A stretch of DNA of 64,000 nt from an uncultured Lachnospiraceae bacterium (GCA_900317555.1 ONHF01000015.1:6090-70089); one strand, 5' to 3'. Counted from the first letter of the stretch, positions 39,360 to 49,536 are shown. The notes: generated by a model not told the origin, from the sequence alone. Program-made: numbers and translations.

Positions 39360-40418
39360 ATGAACGCACTCAGGTCTTTTCTGGCTCGTAAAAACATCGT
39401 CATCTCTGCAAAACGCTATGGTATCGACGCGCTCGGCGCAATGGCACAGGGGTTGTTCGCCTCCCTGTTAATCGGCACAATCCTCAATACCGCCGGCACG
39501 CAGCTTGGTCTTTCGTCTCTTGTCTCCGTCGGCAAATACGCTTCCGCCATGAGCGGTCCCGCCATGGCGATTGCAATCGGATACGCGCTGCAGGCTCCGC
39601 CGCTTGTCCTGTTCGCTCTTGCCGCTGTCGGACAGGCGGCCAATGAACTCGGCGGTGCCGGCGGTCCGCTCGCGGTCCTGTTCGTTGCAATCCTTGCCGC
39701 GGAAACCGGAAAGGCGGTTTCCAAAGAGACAAGAATCGACATTCTGGTCACGCCGGTTGTCACGATCATCACCGGCTGCGCATTCGCGTGGCTTCTTGCG
39801 CCGGCGCTCGGAAAACTCGCGTCTTCCATCGGTTCCCTGATCATGATGGCTACAGACCTGCAGCCGTTTTTCATGGGCATTCTGGTCTCCGTGATCGTCG
39901 GCATCGCGCTGACACTCCCGATCTCTTCCGCCGCGATCTGTGCGGCGCTCGGTCTTGTCGGGCTCGCCGGCGGCGCCGCTGTCGCAGGCTGCTGCGCGCA
40001 GATGGTAGGTTTCGCGGTCATGTCCTACAAGGAGAATAAAGTCGGCGGCCTGATTTCGCAGGGAATCGGTACTTCCATGCTGCAGATGCCCAACATTATC
40101 AAGAATCCGAAAATCTGGATCGCGCCGATCCTGACTTCCGCAATTACGGGGCCTATCGCCACCTGCGTCTTCCATCTGCAGATGAACGGCGCGCCGGTTT
40201 CTTCGGGCATGGGAACCTGCGGTCTTGTCGGCCAGATCGGCATTTATACCGGTTGGGTTTCGGATATCGCAAATGGCACAAAGACCTCGATCACGGGCGC
40301 TGACTGGCTCGGCATGCTTCTTGTCTGTTTTGTCCTTCCTGCTGTTCTGACACCGCTTTTCGCTGCAGTAGAAAGAAAGCTCGGCTGGATAAAGAACGGC
40401 GACCTGAAGCTCTCCTGA
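39360..40418 (+). CDS. PTS EIIC-like (PfoR/NiaY family) membrane protein, probable niacin transporter
   Basis: MAQGLFASLLIG, TLPISSAAI, GIGTSMLQ; NiaR box upstream, adjacent to niaR. Confidence 0.8.
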   Translation: MNALRSFLARKNIVISAKRYGIDALGAMAQGLFASLLIGTILNTAGTQLGLSSLVSVGKYASAMSGPAMAIAIGYALQAPPLVLFALAAVGQAANELGGAGGPLAVLFVAILAAETGKAVSKETRIDILVTPVVTIITGCAFAWLLAPALGKLASSIGSLIMMATDLQPFFMGILVSVIVGIALTLPISSAAICAALGLVGLAGGAAVAGCCAQMVGFAVMSYKENKVGGLISQGIGTSMLQMPNIIKNPKIWIAPILTSAITGPIATCVFHLQMNGAPVSSGMGTCGLVGQIGIYTGWVSDIANGTKTSITGADWLGMLLVCFVLPAVLTPLFAAVERKLGWIKNGDLKLS

Positions 40419-40459
40419 CGGAGAGCTTTACAGGCCGCCTTTTAATATCTCTTCTGTTC

Positions 40460-43400
40460 TCAAATTCCGCGGATGCGGAACGCGAAGTGCAGAGGCTTCG
40501 TGTTATCTAGAAGATCCTCCTGCGGCGTTCTTGCTCCCCATGAATCATCTCCCGCTACTCCCATCTGCGCGAGGCTCGCGCGGACAACCGTATAATGTAC
40601 CGGCGGCAGCTCCGTGTGATGCAGCGCGTTCTCGATTTCGGCAGGCGTATAAGGCAGCGCCGAAAAATTCATTACCTGTATGTTTCCGCTCTGGCCGTTC
40701 ATCGGTGCGCTGCCGTTTTCTGCCGTAAACAGCAGACCATGGCCGTGGCGGTTTGTAACTTTTGCCCACCGCACGCCGGTCCGGTTGCCGCACTCCTGCG
40801 GGACCAGATACCTTGTCATATTATCTCTTACCGTCGTGTGATAAATGCCGAGTTTCGCGCCTTTATCCCTGTCAGTATAACACTCCAGAGGTCCGTTACC
40901 GTAATAATCCAGCCGGTCATAATCCGCGTCAAGCTTCAGCAGCATGCCGAACTCCGGCATCGGCGGCAGTCCTTCCGACGGCTCATAGTCCATCGCGATC
41001 CGCAGACTCCCGTCTTTAAAATAGCTGTAGGTTACATCCAGCGCCGCGTCAGGAGCACCCGGAAGGAAGTGGCAGAGCGTAACATCCAGCCGGTCTTTTC
41101 CGGTGCTGATTTTAGGGTAATGCGAAGCCTTCTCCATCTGCTCCACGGGAGCATGCATCATTTCAATGGGCACGGTAGAAGGATATTCGCTCGCGATCTT
41201 CCAGATCCCGTACCTTGCGGGCATCTTGCTTCCAAGGTCATTGTCCGTCGGTGCCCGGAAGAAATTCGGCCGCGGTACGGAAAGCAGCATCTCCTTTCCG
41301 CCGATACGCAGCGAACTGACGCCTCCTGCAAGAAGTGAAATCAAAATTTCGCTCTCTCCCGCTCTCGCGCCGATGTTGTAAACGCCGTGCACAATCTCAA
41401 GCACACCGTCATCCGATGGCTTTACCGTCTCACCGGAAACAGAAGCGGCATCTATTGCGGGCGCCTGCTGCTCCACTTTATAAACGCCCTGCCCGAAAGC
41501 GGTTTCATATCCCTTTTCTGCCCATGCGCAGTCTTCTTTCAGACGAAACGATACCGTTATGGCATATTCGCCCGGTTCTGTATAAACCGGAACCGGCAGC
41601 ATATACGCTTTGCTCGAAAGCGGCGGTACATTGGTTTCCAAAGGCTTTTCTTCAATCTCCGTGCCGTCCCGGAGAACTGTTACAATGCAGTCATAGGCAT
41701 CCGTTCCGGTGAACAGATTCCGGTTGATAATAAGGACCTGATCTCTTCCTACCCTTGCCGTAATGTTCTGATAAGTGAAGCGCACTTCCTGGAGCTTGGG
41801 ATACGGCATGCGGTCTCCGGCGACCAGACCGTCTCCGGAGAATGAATAATCGGTCGGACGTTCCAGAAAATCACCGCCGTATGCCTGATACTCTGTTCCA
41901 TAGCGGTCCCTTGCACGGATCGACTGGTCCACAAAATCCCAGATAAAGCCTCCCTGATAGCGCGGCTCGGTGTCCGATAGTTCCGTATACCGGTAAAGGC
42001 CGCCATTGGAATTGCCCATCGAATGGGAATACTCGCAGCAGATAAACGGTTTCTCCGGATGTTCCGAAAGGAACTTCCGGATAGCATCGGCAGACGGATA
42101 CATCTGGCTTTCCATATCACTGGTGGCGCCATATCTTCTGTCGTGGAAAATACCTTCGTAATGGACAAGCCGGTCCGGGTCCAGTCTGTGAAACAGTCTG
42201 GACATCTCAAACAGATCGCTGCCGCCATAAGATTCGTTTCCGACAGACCAGATCAGGATAGAAGCATGGTTCTTGTCCCGCTCATAGCAGGAAGTCACTC
42301 TGTCCAGAAGGACGGGCAGCCATTCTTTTTTATCTCCCGGCAGGATGTCTTCCTTCGGGGAAAGCCCCAGTTCTGCGAACGCCCACGAGCCATGCGTTTC
42401 CAGATTGTTCTCGGCCATCAGGTAAATTCCCAGTTCATCGCAGAGGCCGTACAGCCTTGAATCATCCGGGTAATGGCAGGTTCTGACTGCGTTGATGTTG
42501 TTCTTCTTCATGAGGACAAGATCCTGCAGGACCATGTCCCGGCTGATCCCTGCCCGGCCGCTGTCGCAGCTGAACTCATGGCGGTTCACGCCTTTGAAAA
42601 CAATACGCTTCCCGTTCAGGCACATCAGCCCGTTTTTCATTTCAAAACGCCGGAAACCGACGCGTTCGTGGATGTATTCAACAGCGGCGCCTGTTTTGGC
42701 GTGAACTGTCAGATAAAGGTCGTACAGCACCGGATTCTCCGCGGACCACAGGCGCACCTGCGGGATGCGGGCCGAGATTTCGTTGTCCCTCTCGTTGTCA
42801 ATTTCACCGGAGAGCACAATCCGTCCGCCAAGCGATAACTGATACTGCGTAAATCCGTACCTGTGCCTGCTGCTTCCTGCCTGTTCCTCCTCCGAAGAAA
42901 AATGCAGCTGCATCAGAAGACGCCCGCCCGTGTAATCGTCATCGACAAGAGCGCGGATCTTCATGTCCCGCACATGCACTTCTGGCACCGTATACAGATA
43001 GACATCGCGGAAAATGCCCGAAAACCGGTAGAAATCCTGATCTTCGAGCCAGCTGGAGGACGTCCACTTGAAGACCTGCACGGCAAGCTTGTTGCTGCCA
43101 TTCGTAAGATACGGCGTCAGCTCAAATTCCGACGGGGTAAAACTGTCCTCGCTGTACCCGACATACGTTCCGTTGAGCCAGAGTGCGAAGCCCGACTCCA
43201 CCCCTTGAAACGAAATATAGACAGGCCTCCCCTGCATGGATTCCGGCACTGTGAAATACCGGACATAGCTGCCGACAGGATTATACCTTGACGGCACCTG
43301 TCCGGGCCTGATATCTTCCCGGCCATCCCACGGATACTGATAATTCACATACGCGGGCCGGTCATATCCCTCCATCTGGATGTGCGCAGGGACATGAATA

Positions 43401-44164
43401 TCGTCCCAGCCGCTGCAGTCAAAGGAGCGCGATTCAAATCCTTTCACAGCGCCCGCGAAGTTCGGTGCGTACGCGAATTTCCAAAGCCCGTTCAGGCTCA
43501 TCCGGAACGAGGACACCGGATCTTTTCTGTAATCGCAGGAAGCTTCCATCTCCTCGCGCGATGCGTAATACATGTGATCCGAGTGTGCGGGCAGCACATT
43601 TTCCTTGAAAATTCCGGGATCTGGAACAACGCGGTGATAGTCAAAACATTTCCCGCCCTTTTTCCTCATAATCGCGTCCGCGATTTTCGAAGCGTCCAGG
43701 TATTTTCCGGGGAAGTACCGCGCGAGCAGTTCTCCGATCGGCGCTGCCGCGCCGGACAGACATTCAGCAATCAGATTTTTGCCGTTCGAAGCATATTCGT
43801 CCTGGCAGCGTTTTCTGAACCGCTGGATCGTCCTGCTGCTGAGCGGCTGTACAAGCGCGCTCGTTGTATGCAGCGCGTACTGGAAGCGCAGGTCGCAGAC
43901 AAGCGAGCTTACAACTTCATCATCATTCATATCGAAAAGCACTTCCAGAATCATCGCGCCGACTGTGACGTTGACAGGGCTGGAAGGTCTTGCCGAGTCC
44001 GTGCTGTAAAGATTCATGAAGATCTTTTCGTCAATCAGAGGAAAGATCTTTTCCGCGAACATCCCCGCGAAGGAATCCGAAAGCATCCGCTGTTCCTTCC
44101 GGGAAAGATGAAGTGTCCGGTCCGCGAACCCGAGCTGCTCATAACTGTTGGATGAAAATGCCAT
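40460..44164 (-). CDS. GH2 LacZ-type beta-galactosidase with N-terminal transposase-derived domain
   Basis: GVNRHE, WSVGNES (acid/base), CEYSHSMGN (nucleophile), C-terminal small-chain domain; first ~165 aa resemble a transposase N-terminus. Confidence 0.92.
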   Translation of the reverse strand: MAFSSNSYEQLGFADRTLHLSRKEQRMLSDSFAGMFAEKIFPLIDEKIFMNLYSTDSARPSSPVNVTVGAMILEVLFDMNDDEVVSSLVCDLRFQYALHTTSALVQPLSSRTIQRFRKRCQDEYASNGKNLIAECLSGAAAPIGELLARYFPGKYLDASKIADAIMRKKGGKCFDYHRVVPDPGIFKENVLPAHSDHMYYASREEMEASCDYRKDPVSSFRMSLNGLWKFAYAPNFAGAVKGFESRSFDCSGWDDIHVPAHIQMEGYDRPAYVNYQYPWDGREDIRPGQVPSRYNPVGSYVRYFTVPESMQGRPVYISFQGVESGFALWLNGTYVGYSEDSFTPSEFELTPYLTNGSNKLAVQVFKWTSSSWLEDQDFYRFSGIFRDVYLYTVPEVHVRDMKIRALVDDDYTGGRLLMQLHFSSEEEQAGSSRHRYGFTQYQLSLGGRIVLSGEIDNERDNEISARIPQVRLWSAENPVLYDLYLTVHAKTGAAVEYIHERVGFRRFEMKNGLMCLNGKRIVFKGVNRHEFSCDSGRAGISRDMVLQDLVLMKKNNINAVRTCHYPDDSRLYGLCDELGIYLMAENNLETHGSWAFAELGLSPKEDILPGDKKEWLPVLLDRVTSCYERDKNHASILIWSVGNESYGGSDLFEMSRLFHRLDPDRLVHYEGIFHDRRYGATSDMESQMYPSADAIRKFLSEHPEKPFICCEYSHSMGNSNGGLYRYTELSDTEPRYQGGFIWDFVDQSIRARDRYGTEYQAYGGDFLERPTDYSFSGDGLVAGDRMPYPKLQEVRFTYQNITARVGRDQVLIINRNLFTGTDAYDCIVTVLRDGTEIEEKPLETNVPPLSSKAYMLPVPVYTEPGEYAITVSFRLKEDCAWAEKGYETAFGQGVYKVEQQAPAIDAASVSGETVKPSDDGVLEIVHGVYNIGARAGESEILISLLAGGVSSLRIGGKEMLLSVPRPNFFRAPTDNDLGSKMPARYGIWKIASEYPSTVPIEMMHAPVEQMEKASHYPKISTGKDRLDVTLCHFLPGAPDAALDVTYSYFKDGSLRIAMDYEPSEGLPPMPEFGMLLKLDADYDRLDYYGNGPLECYTDRDKGAKLGIYHTTVRDNMTRYLVPQECGNRTGVRWAKVTNRHGHGLLFTAENGSAPMNGQSGNIQVMNFSALPYTPAEIENALHHTELPPVHYTVVRASLAQMGVAGDDSWGARTPQEDLLDNTKPLHFAFRIRGI

Positions 44165-44181
44165 AGCGCTTTACTCCGCTT

Positions 44182-44886
44182 TTAATTCTTTTCTTCGAGA
44201 AGTTTAATGATCGAGCTGGTGCCAAGTCTGGAAGCGCCGAGGTCCAGGTAATTCTGCGCTTCTTCCAGCGTGTGGATGCCGCCTGCCGCCTTGACTCTCA
44301 CGCCGGTGCCCACATGTTCTGCGAGGAGCTTCACATCTTCCGGCGTTGCTCCAGATCTGGAGAAACCGGTTGAGGTCTTGATGAAGTCTGCCCCGGAGCG
44401 CGTTACGATATCGCACATGCGGATCTTCTCTTCCTGCGTAAGAAGACAGGTCTCGATAATGACTTTCATGACATGGTTTCCTGCGGCTTCCCTGATCTGG
44501 CGCAGCTCTTCAAGTATTGCATCATACCGGCCGTTCTTTACAAAACCGACATTGATGACAGTGTCGATTTCGCATACGCCGCGACGAATCGCGTCGCGCG
44601 TTTCAAAAGCCTTGGATGCCGCTGTCGAATATCCGTTCGGAAAACCGATGACAACGCAGACAGGCACCGGCTTCGCTCTTTTTTCGTCTCCGGCGTCTGC
44701 CGCTTCCTGTGCCTTCTTCGCAAGATAAGCCACTGCCTCATCCGCGTATGCAGGTGGAATACAGACGCTGGCTGTCTGATACTTTACGGCTTCATCACAA
44801 AGTTTCCGGATTTCTTCTGTCGTCGCATCTGTCCGGAGGAGTGTGTGGTCAACACTCCTCACAATTCTTTCCACATCTATTGTCAT
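44182..44886 (-). CDS. deoC: Deoxyribose-phosphate aldolase
   Basis: DHTLL, VIGFPNG, KTSTGF, VKAAGGI, RLGTS. Confidence 0.97.
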   Translation of the reverse strand: MTIDVERIVRSVDHTLLRTDATTEEIRKLCDEAVKYQTASVCIPPAYADEAVAYLAKKAQEAADAGDEKRAKPVPVCVVIGFPNGYSTAASKAFETRDAIRRGVCEIDTVINVGFVKNGRYDAILEELRQIREAAGNHVMKVIIETCLLTQEEKIRMCDIVTRSGADFIKTSTGFSRSGATPEDVKLLAEHVGTGVRVKAAGGIHTLEEAQNYLDLGASRLGTSSIIKLLEEKN

Positions 44887-44906
44887 ATAATGATCCTTTC
44901 TCCCCG

Positions 44907-45500
44907 TTATCCGAGTTCATCGAGCGTACTGCCGTAAGGTTCCAGAAATTCATCCATGAAGTTCCTGACTTCCGGCAGCTCCTTCGAAAGCCCTCCGATG
45001 ATCGCAGCCGTGGATTGTTTTGCCGTACGGAACTCTGTATTGCCGGCCTTTTCTTCCTCTATGCACTTGATATATGCGGACAACTTGTCGGCAGCCTTCA
45101 CGAGCCTTCGCATATATCGTTCTTCCTCACTGTCTTCGCCATGAAAAACCGATTCATATGCGGGGCGAAGGTCATCCGGCAGACGGCATAACAGCCGTTC
45201 CTGCGCCGACTTCTCCACCTGTTTGTACGCGGTACGGATCTCGTCGTTGCAGTATTTGACAGGCGTCGGCATATCTCCCGTAATGATTTCGGATGCATCG
45301 TGATAGAGACCGATTAAAGCGGCCCGGTCCGCGTCAAGGTGTTTTCCGAAACGGACATTCCCGATCGTGCATAAAGCATGCGCGATCATAGCGACCTCCA
45401 GAGAATGCTCCGAAAGCGATTCCTCTCTGGAGTTGCGCATCAAGGCCCACCGGTCAATATATTTCATCCTCGATAACGTCGCAAAAAAACTGTTCTTCAT
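44907..45500 (-). CDS. HD-domain 5'-deoxynucleotidase (YfbR-like)
   Basis: RMKYIDRW, EHS, HDASE..TGDMPTPVK, ADKLSAYIKC.EE..GN.EF. Confidence 0.9.
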   Translation of the reverse strand: MKNSFFATLSRMKYIDRWALMRNSREESLSEHSLEVAMIAHALCTIGNVRFGKHLDADRAALIGLYHDASEIITGDMPTPVKYCNDEIRTAYKQVEKSAQERLLCRLPDDLRPAYESVFHGEDSEEERYMRRLVKAADKLSAYIKCIEEEKAGNTEFRTAKQSTAAIIGGLSKELPEVRNFMDEFLEPYGSTLDELG

Positions 45501-46159
45501 CGGATTACTCCCGCTCTGAAAGCCATAAAACGTATCCCGGCCATTGACGAAGCACCGAACACGCGGGCACAGCGGTAACCGATGCAGTAAAGCTCTTCGC
45601 GCAGGAAAAACGGCAGCTGCGTGCGCAGCGTCACATAGCGGGATGTCGGCGTAGGTGAACTGTAAGCCGTCATCCCGTCCGCCTGTGCAAAGAGCATGGC
45701 CCTCCGCATATGAAGGGGATCGCTGACAATTATTGCCGATGCCATGCCCCTCCCGTCCATGATTGCCTTCGCGTTCCGGATATTCTCCTCCGTATTGCTG
45801 GATTTTTCCTCCAGAATCAGGTCGTCCTGCGGAACGCCCTGCGAGATGCAGTAAATCATCGCCGCGTGGGCATCGGACTCATTGTTCCCCGCGGCATAGC
45901 CGCCGGTCAGAATGATTTTGCCGGCATAGCCTTCTGTGTACAGATCAATGCCGTGATTGAGCCTTTCCCGGAAAACAGGTGAAACCCTGCTGTCCCACGA
46001 GCCTGCGCCAAGGACGATAACCGCGTCAGCCTTCTGCTTCTGATCAAAGGACGCGTAATACCAGATATCCGCGGCTGTCAGCGCGAAAACAAGCACTGCA
46101 GCCACTAATATAATTCGTAATACCTTTTTAAGAATCTTTGTCATGAACAACTTTACCAA
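45497..46159 (-). CDS. YdcF/ElyC (DUF218) family protein
   Basis: IVLGAG, LTGG, ES, S.NT.EN, VSDPLHMRRA; start uncertain (46159 or 46144). Confidence 0.88.
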   Translation of the reverse strand: MVKLFMTKILKKVLRIILVAAVLVFALTAADIWYYASFDQKQKADAVIVLGAGSWDSRVSPVFRERLNHGIDLYTEGYAGKIILTGGYAAGNNESDAHAAMIYCISQGVPQDDLILEEKSSNTEENIRNAKAIMDGRGMASAIIVSDPLHMRRAMLFAQADGMTAYSSPTPTSRYVTLRTQLPFFLREELYCIGYRCARVFGASSMAGIRFMAFRAGVIR

Positions 46160-46162
46160 AGG

Positions 46163-47206
46163 TCAGCCCGATGTCCTCTGCGCGATTCCCTTGATCCCGC
46201 TGATCACGAAATCGTGCTCCCGCAGATGCAGAACACTGCCGCAGTAAGGACATTTCGCGCTCTCGTTGATATTGACAGGTGCGCCGCAGTTCGGGCAGTT
46301 AACAGTTGTAAATTCTCCTTCTTTGCGCGACGTAAGTCCGCTCGTTCTTGTGAGCGTCCATTCATAGGTCATGAACTTCTCCGCTGTCTTCGAACCGGAC
46401 AGCAGTTCGCCTGTCGCGTCATCCAGCGTATAATCTACAATTCTCGAACGGATCTCCGCGACAATGACGTCTTCGCCGGCAGCCGCCGCGCCTTCTCCTC
46501 CGGTCTTGCTGCCCGTCTGATAGAATCCCGCAAGATTCACGGAAAGCACCGCGATACGGTCAATATAATTGGTTCTGTTACCCTTACGGTATGCGTCCAG
46601 CTGTCGGTCAAACTGCGCGTACAGGCTGTCCGTAAAATACGGCCGCAGGCTTTCCATATCCTTTTTCGTCCACTGCTGCTGCATCTGCACATAAACATTG
46701 GAAAGTAGCGTCTTAAACTTCTCCTCGTCAAACGAAGGATCGAGCGCCGTATATTCCTGCATCGGACGCAGAACCGATCTGTCCTGCCGGATATCCGTCC
46801 CGCCGAGATCGCGGTTTCTGACAGTCCTCGTGCCGTTGCTTCTTTTCCTCTTTGTATATATGATAAGCGCCACGATCAGAATTAACCAGAAGATCAGAAT
46901 CAGTTCTCCCGTATCTGCGGCATTTCCGGATGAGGAACGGCGCGCAACGGAACTTCCTCCGCTGTTAACGATGATCCCGCCGCCGTAGTCCCGGTTACTG
47001 TCATCGTCCCAGCTGCCCCAGTCTCCGCCGAAGGAATCTCCTCCGCTGTCATAATCTGCGCCGCCGGAGAAATCATAATCCGAATTCCCGGAGAATTCTC
47101 CCGCATCCGCGAAAACATCTCTTACCGGCGCTGCAAAAAACGCCATGAGAATCACCAGCGCAGCCATGGCGCAGATCTGTATGATTTTCTTTCGTTTGTT
47201 TCTCAC
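46163..47206 (-). CDS. Membrane protein with Tim44-like domain and C-terminal zinc ribbon
   Basis: Signal peptide, Gly/Asp linker, TM, DPSFDEEKF, CPNCGA..CPYCG; GTG start after GGGAGG. Confidence 0.8.
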   Translation of the reverse strand: MRNKRKKIIQICAMAALVILMAFFAAPVRDVFADAGEFSGNSDYDFSGGADYDSGGDSFGGDWGSWDDDSNRDYGGGIIVNSGGSSVARRSSSGNAADTGELILIFWLILIVALIIYTKRKRSNGTRTVRNRDLGGTDIRQDRSVLRPMQEYTALDPSFDEEKFKTLLSNVYVQMQQQWTKKDMESLRPYFTDSLYAQFDRQLDAYRKGNRTNYIDRIAVLSVNLAGFYQTGSKTGGEGAAAAGEDVIVAEIRSRIVDYTLDDATGELLSGSKTAEKFMTYEWTLTRTSGLTSRKEGEFTTVNCPNCGAPVNINESAKCPYCGSVLHLREHDFVISGIKGIAQRTSG

Positions 47207-47249
47207 AAGGATCCTCCCGGAAATATTTGTCAGCAACCGGCCTTCTTAT

Positions 47250-47711
47250 TCAGAACGGAAGAAAATTGCACAGGATTGACGCTGTGGCAATCCCGATCAG
47301 CATGCCGGCAATGATCTGCGGCAGGGTATGTCCGATTTTCTCATCCATTTTCCCCTCCGTCAGAGGTTTTCCGCCTTTCCCGCGGATTCTTCTGTTCAGC
47401 TCATTGAGCGCGGCCGCCTCCCGGCCGGTCTCATACCGCACACCCATCGCATCATACATGACAATAAACGCAAGAAACAGCGCCAGAACAAATTCCGTGC
47501 TGTTTCCGCCGTCAACGAACGCCGCCGCGCATGCCAGTCCCGTAACGGTCGCCGAATGAGAACTGGGCATACCGCCTCCGCCTCGCAGTCTTTCGACCGT
47601 AAACTCTCCCTTGGCGATCTCGATGATGATCTTGCTCATCTGCGCAATAAACCAGCTGGCTGCGGCAGACAGAAATACTTTGTTCGTTATAAGGCCGGTC
47701 AGAAATTCCAT
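47250..47711 (-). CDS. Divergent PAP2 (DUF212) family membrane protein
   Basis: GGMPSSHSA, VMYDA.GVR, E.IGHT. Confidence 0.92.
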   Translation of the reverse strand: MEFLTGLITNKVFLSAAASWFIAQMSKIIIEIAKGEFTVERLRGGGGMPSSHSATVTGLACAAAFVDGGNSTEFVLALFLAFIVMYDAMGVRYETGREAAALNELNRRIRGKGGKPLTEGKMDEKIGHTLPQIIAGMLIGIATASILCNFLPF

Positions 47712-47828
47712 AAACTTCTCCTCTGTGCGTCAGGACGTGCACGCATATGCATGAAGCATGCTGTAAATATTATAACAGAGGGAAAACCATTGCGGACGCG
47801 ATTCTTATCGAATCTTGCAGAACATCAG

Positions 47829-47867
47829 AAAAGCCCTGGAATTCAACCTCCGTTGAACTTCAGGGCT
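47829..47867 (-). terminator. Intrinsic terminator after tRNA-Trp
   Basis: AGCCCUGAAGUUCAAC-GGAG-GUUGAAUUCCAGGGCU followed by UUU. Confidence 0.7.
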
Positions 47868-47877
47868 CTGCAAGAAA

Positions 47878-47949
47878 CAGAGGACGAGGGATTCGAACCC
47901 CCATGAACGGTTTTGGAGACCGTGATACTAGCCATTGTATGAGTCCTCT
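47878..47949 (-). tRNA. tRNA-Trp (CCA); 3' CCA not encoded
   Basis: Cloverleaf: AGAGGAC/GUCCUCU acceptor, ACGGU-CUCCAAA-ACCGU anticodon arm, GGUUCGAAUCC T-arm. Confidence 0.95.
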
Positions 47950-48030
47950 GGGTGTCAGGCACGGTTTATACTCCGTACAAACCGAAATCAGGTGACTCGG
48001 TCAATCTGATTCTTCTGCCGACAAAAATGA

Positions 48031-48059
48031 ATTATAGCAGATAATTTTTTTAAACGCAA
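48031..48059 (-). promoter_or_regulatory. SigA promoter for tRNA-Trp
   Basis: TTGCGT-17 bp-TATAAT with extended TG. Confidence 0.75.
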
Positions 48060-48137
48060 GCAACAATTAATCTTCCGGATGCGGGCTTCCCGCTATTTTC
48101 TGTCTTGTTATACTGAGCGGTCTGTTTTTCCGTCCGG

Positions 48138-49536
48138 TTACCGCTTCCCTATCAGGTCAGCGGCTTCCTTCAGGTTGCTGATGCCGATAATCTCAATGCC
48201 AGCCGGTGCCTTGAGGCCTTTCAGATTGCTCTTTGGCAGAATACAGGTTGTAAAGCCGAGCTTGGCCGCCTCCTGCACCCGCACATCCGCCATCGTGACC
48301 ATCCGCACCTCACCGGACAGGCCGATTTCTCCGAAAGCGACCGTCCGGTCGCCGACAGGCATTCCCCGGAAGCTCGAGAGAATTGCCATTGCAATGCCCA
48401 GGTCCATTGCCGGCTCCGACTGCCTGATTCCCCCGGCGAGATTGACGTAAGCATCATATTCGGATAAAGGGATGCCGATTCTCTTCTCAAGAACCGCCAT
48501 CAGCAGGCTCACTCTGTTGTAATCCGTTCCGGTCGCCTGACGCTTGGGAAAACCGAAGTTCGATTTGCAGACGAGCGCCTGCACTTCGGTCAGAATCGCT
48601 CTGGTCCCGTCCATCGCGCACGAAACGACCGAACCGCTGGCGTTCTCGGGCCGGCCGCTCAGCATGTATTCCGACGGATTCTCTACCTCGCACAGGCCTT
48701 CTCTGCGCATTTCAAACACACCGATTTCGTTCGTGGAACCAAAGCGGTTCTTGACGCCTCGGATGATCCTGTAGGAAGCGTACCGGTCGCCTTCAAAATA
48801 CAGCACCGTATCCACCATATGCTCAAGCACGCGAGGGCCGGCAACTGTCCCTTCCTTTGTCACGTGGCCGATGATAAAGAACGTAATCCCCGTTTCCTTG
48901 GCAAGGCGCAGAAGTACTCCGGTTGTCTCTCTTACCTGCGAAATGCTGCCTGCTGCTGCCGCTACGGATGCGTTATACATTGTCTGAATGGAGTCAATCA
49001 CGCACAGCTCCGGCTTCTCTTCCAGCAGGATTTCCGTGATCGTACCCAGATCCGTCTCGCACAAAAAGCGCAGATTATCGGGCACATTCCCGATTCTGGC
49101 CGCGCGAAGCTTGATCTGATGCAGCGATTCCTCGCCGGAGATATAAAGGACGTTTCTTCCGTCTGCCGCAAGGTTTCTCGTCACCTGCAGAAGAAGCGTC
49201 GATTTGCCGATCCCGGGATCCCCGCCGACAAGCAGCATCGAGCCTTTGACAATGCCGCCGCCCAGAACCCTGTCGAGTTCTCCGTAGCCGGTCGTCCATC
49301 TTGTTTCACCTTCGTCCTGCACTGCGGACAGCGGCACCGGCCTGCTGCCGGCCGAAAGGCAAGTGCCGCGGACAGCTCCCGCGCCTCCCCTTGAGACTGC
49401 GGAAGCAACGCTGCCTGCCTGCATTCTGACCGGCGCCTCCACCATGGTATTCCATGCGTGGCAGGACGGGCACTGACCGGTCCATTTGGCGCTTTCATAT
49501 CCGCACTCGCTGCAGAAAAACGCTGTGGTTCTCTTT

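Noticed and set aside
47800-48130. tRNA-Trp as an integration site for a mobile element
   Set aside because: No integrase and no duplicated tRNA 3' end seen in the window.
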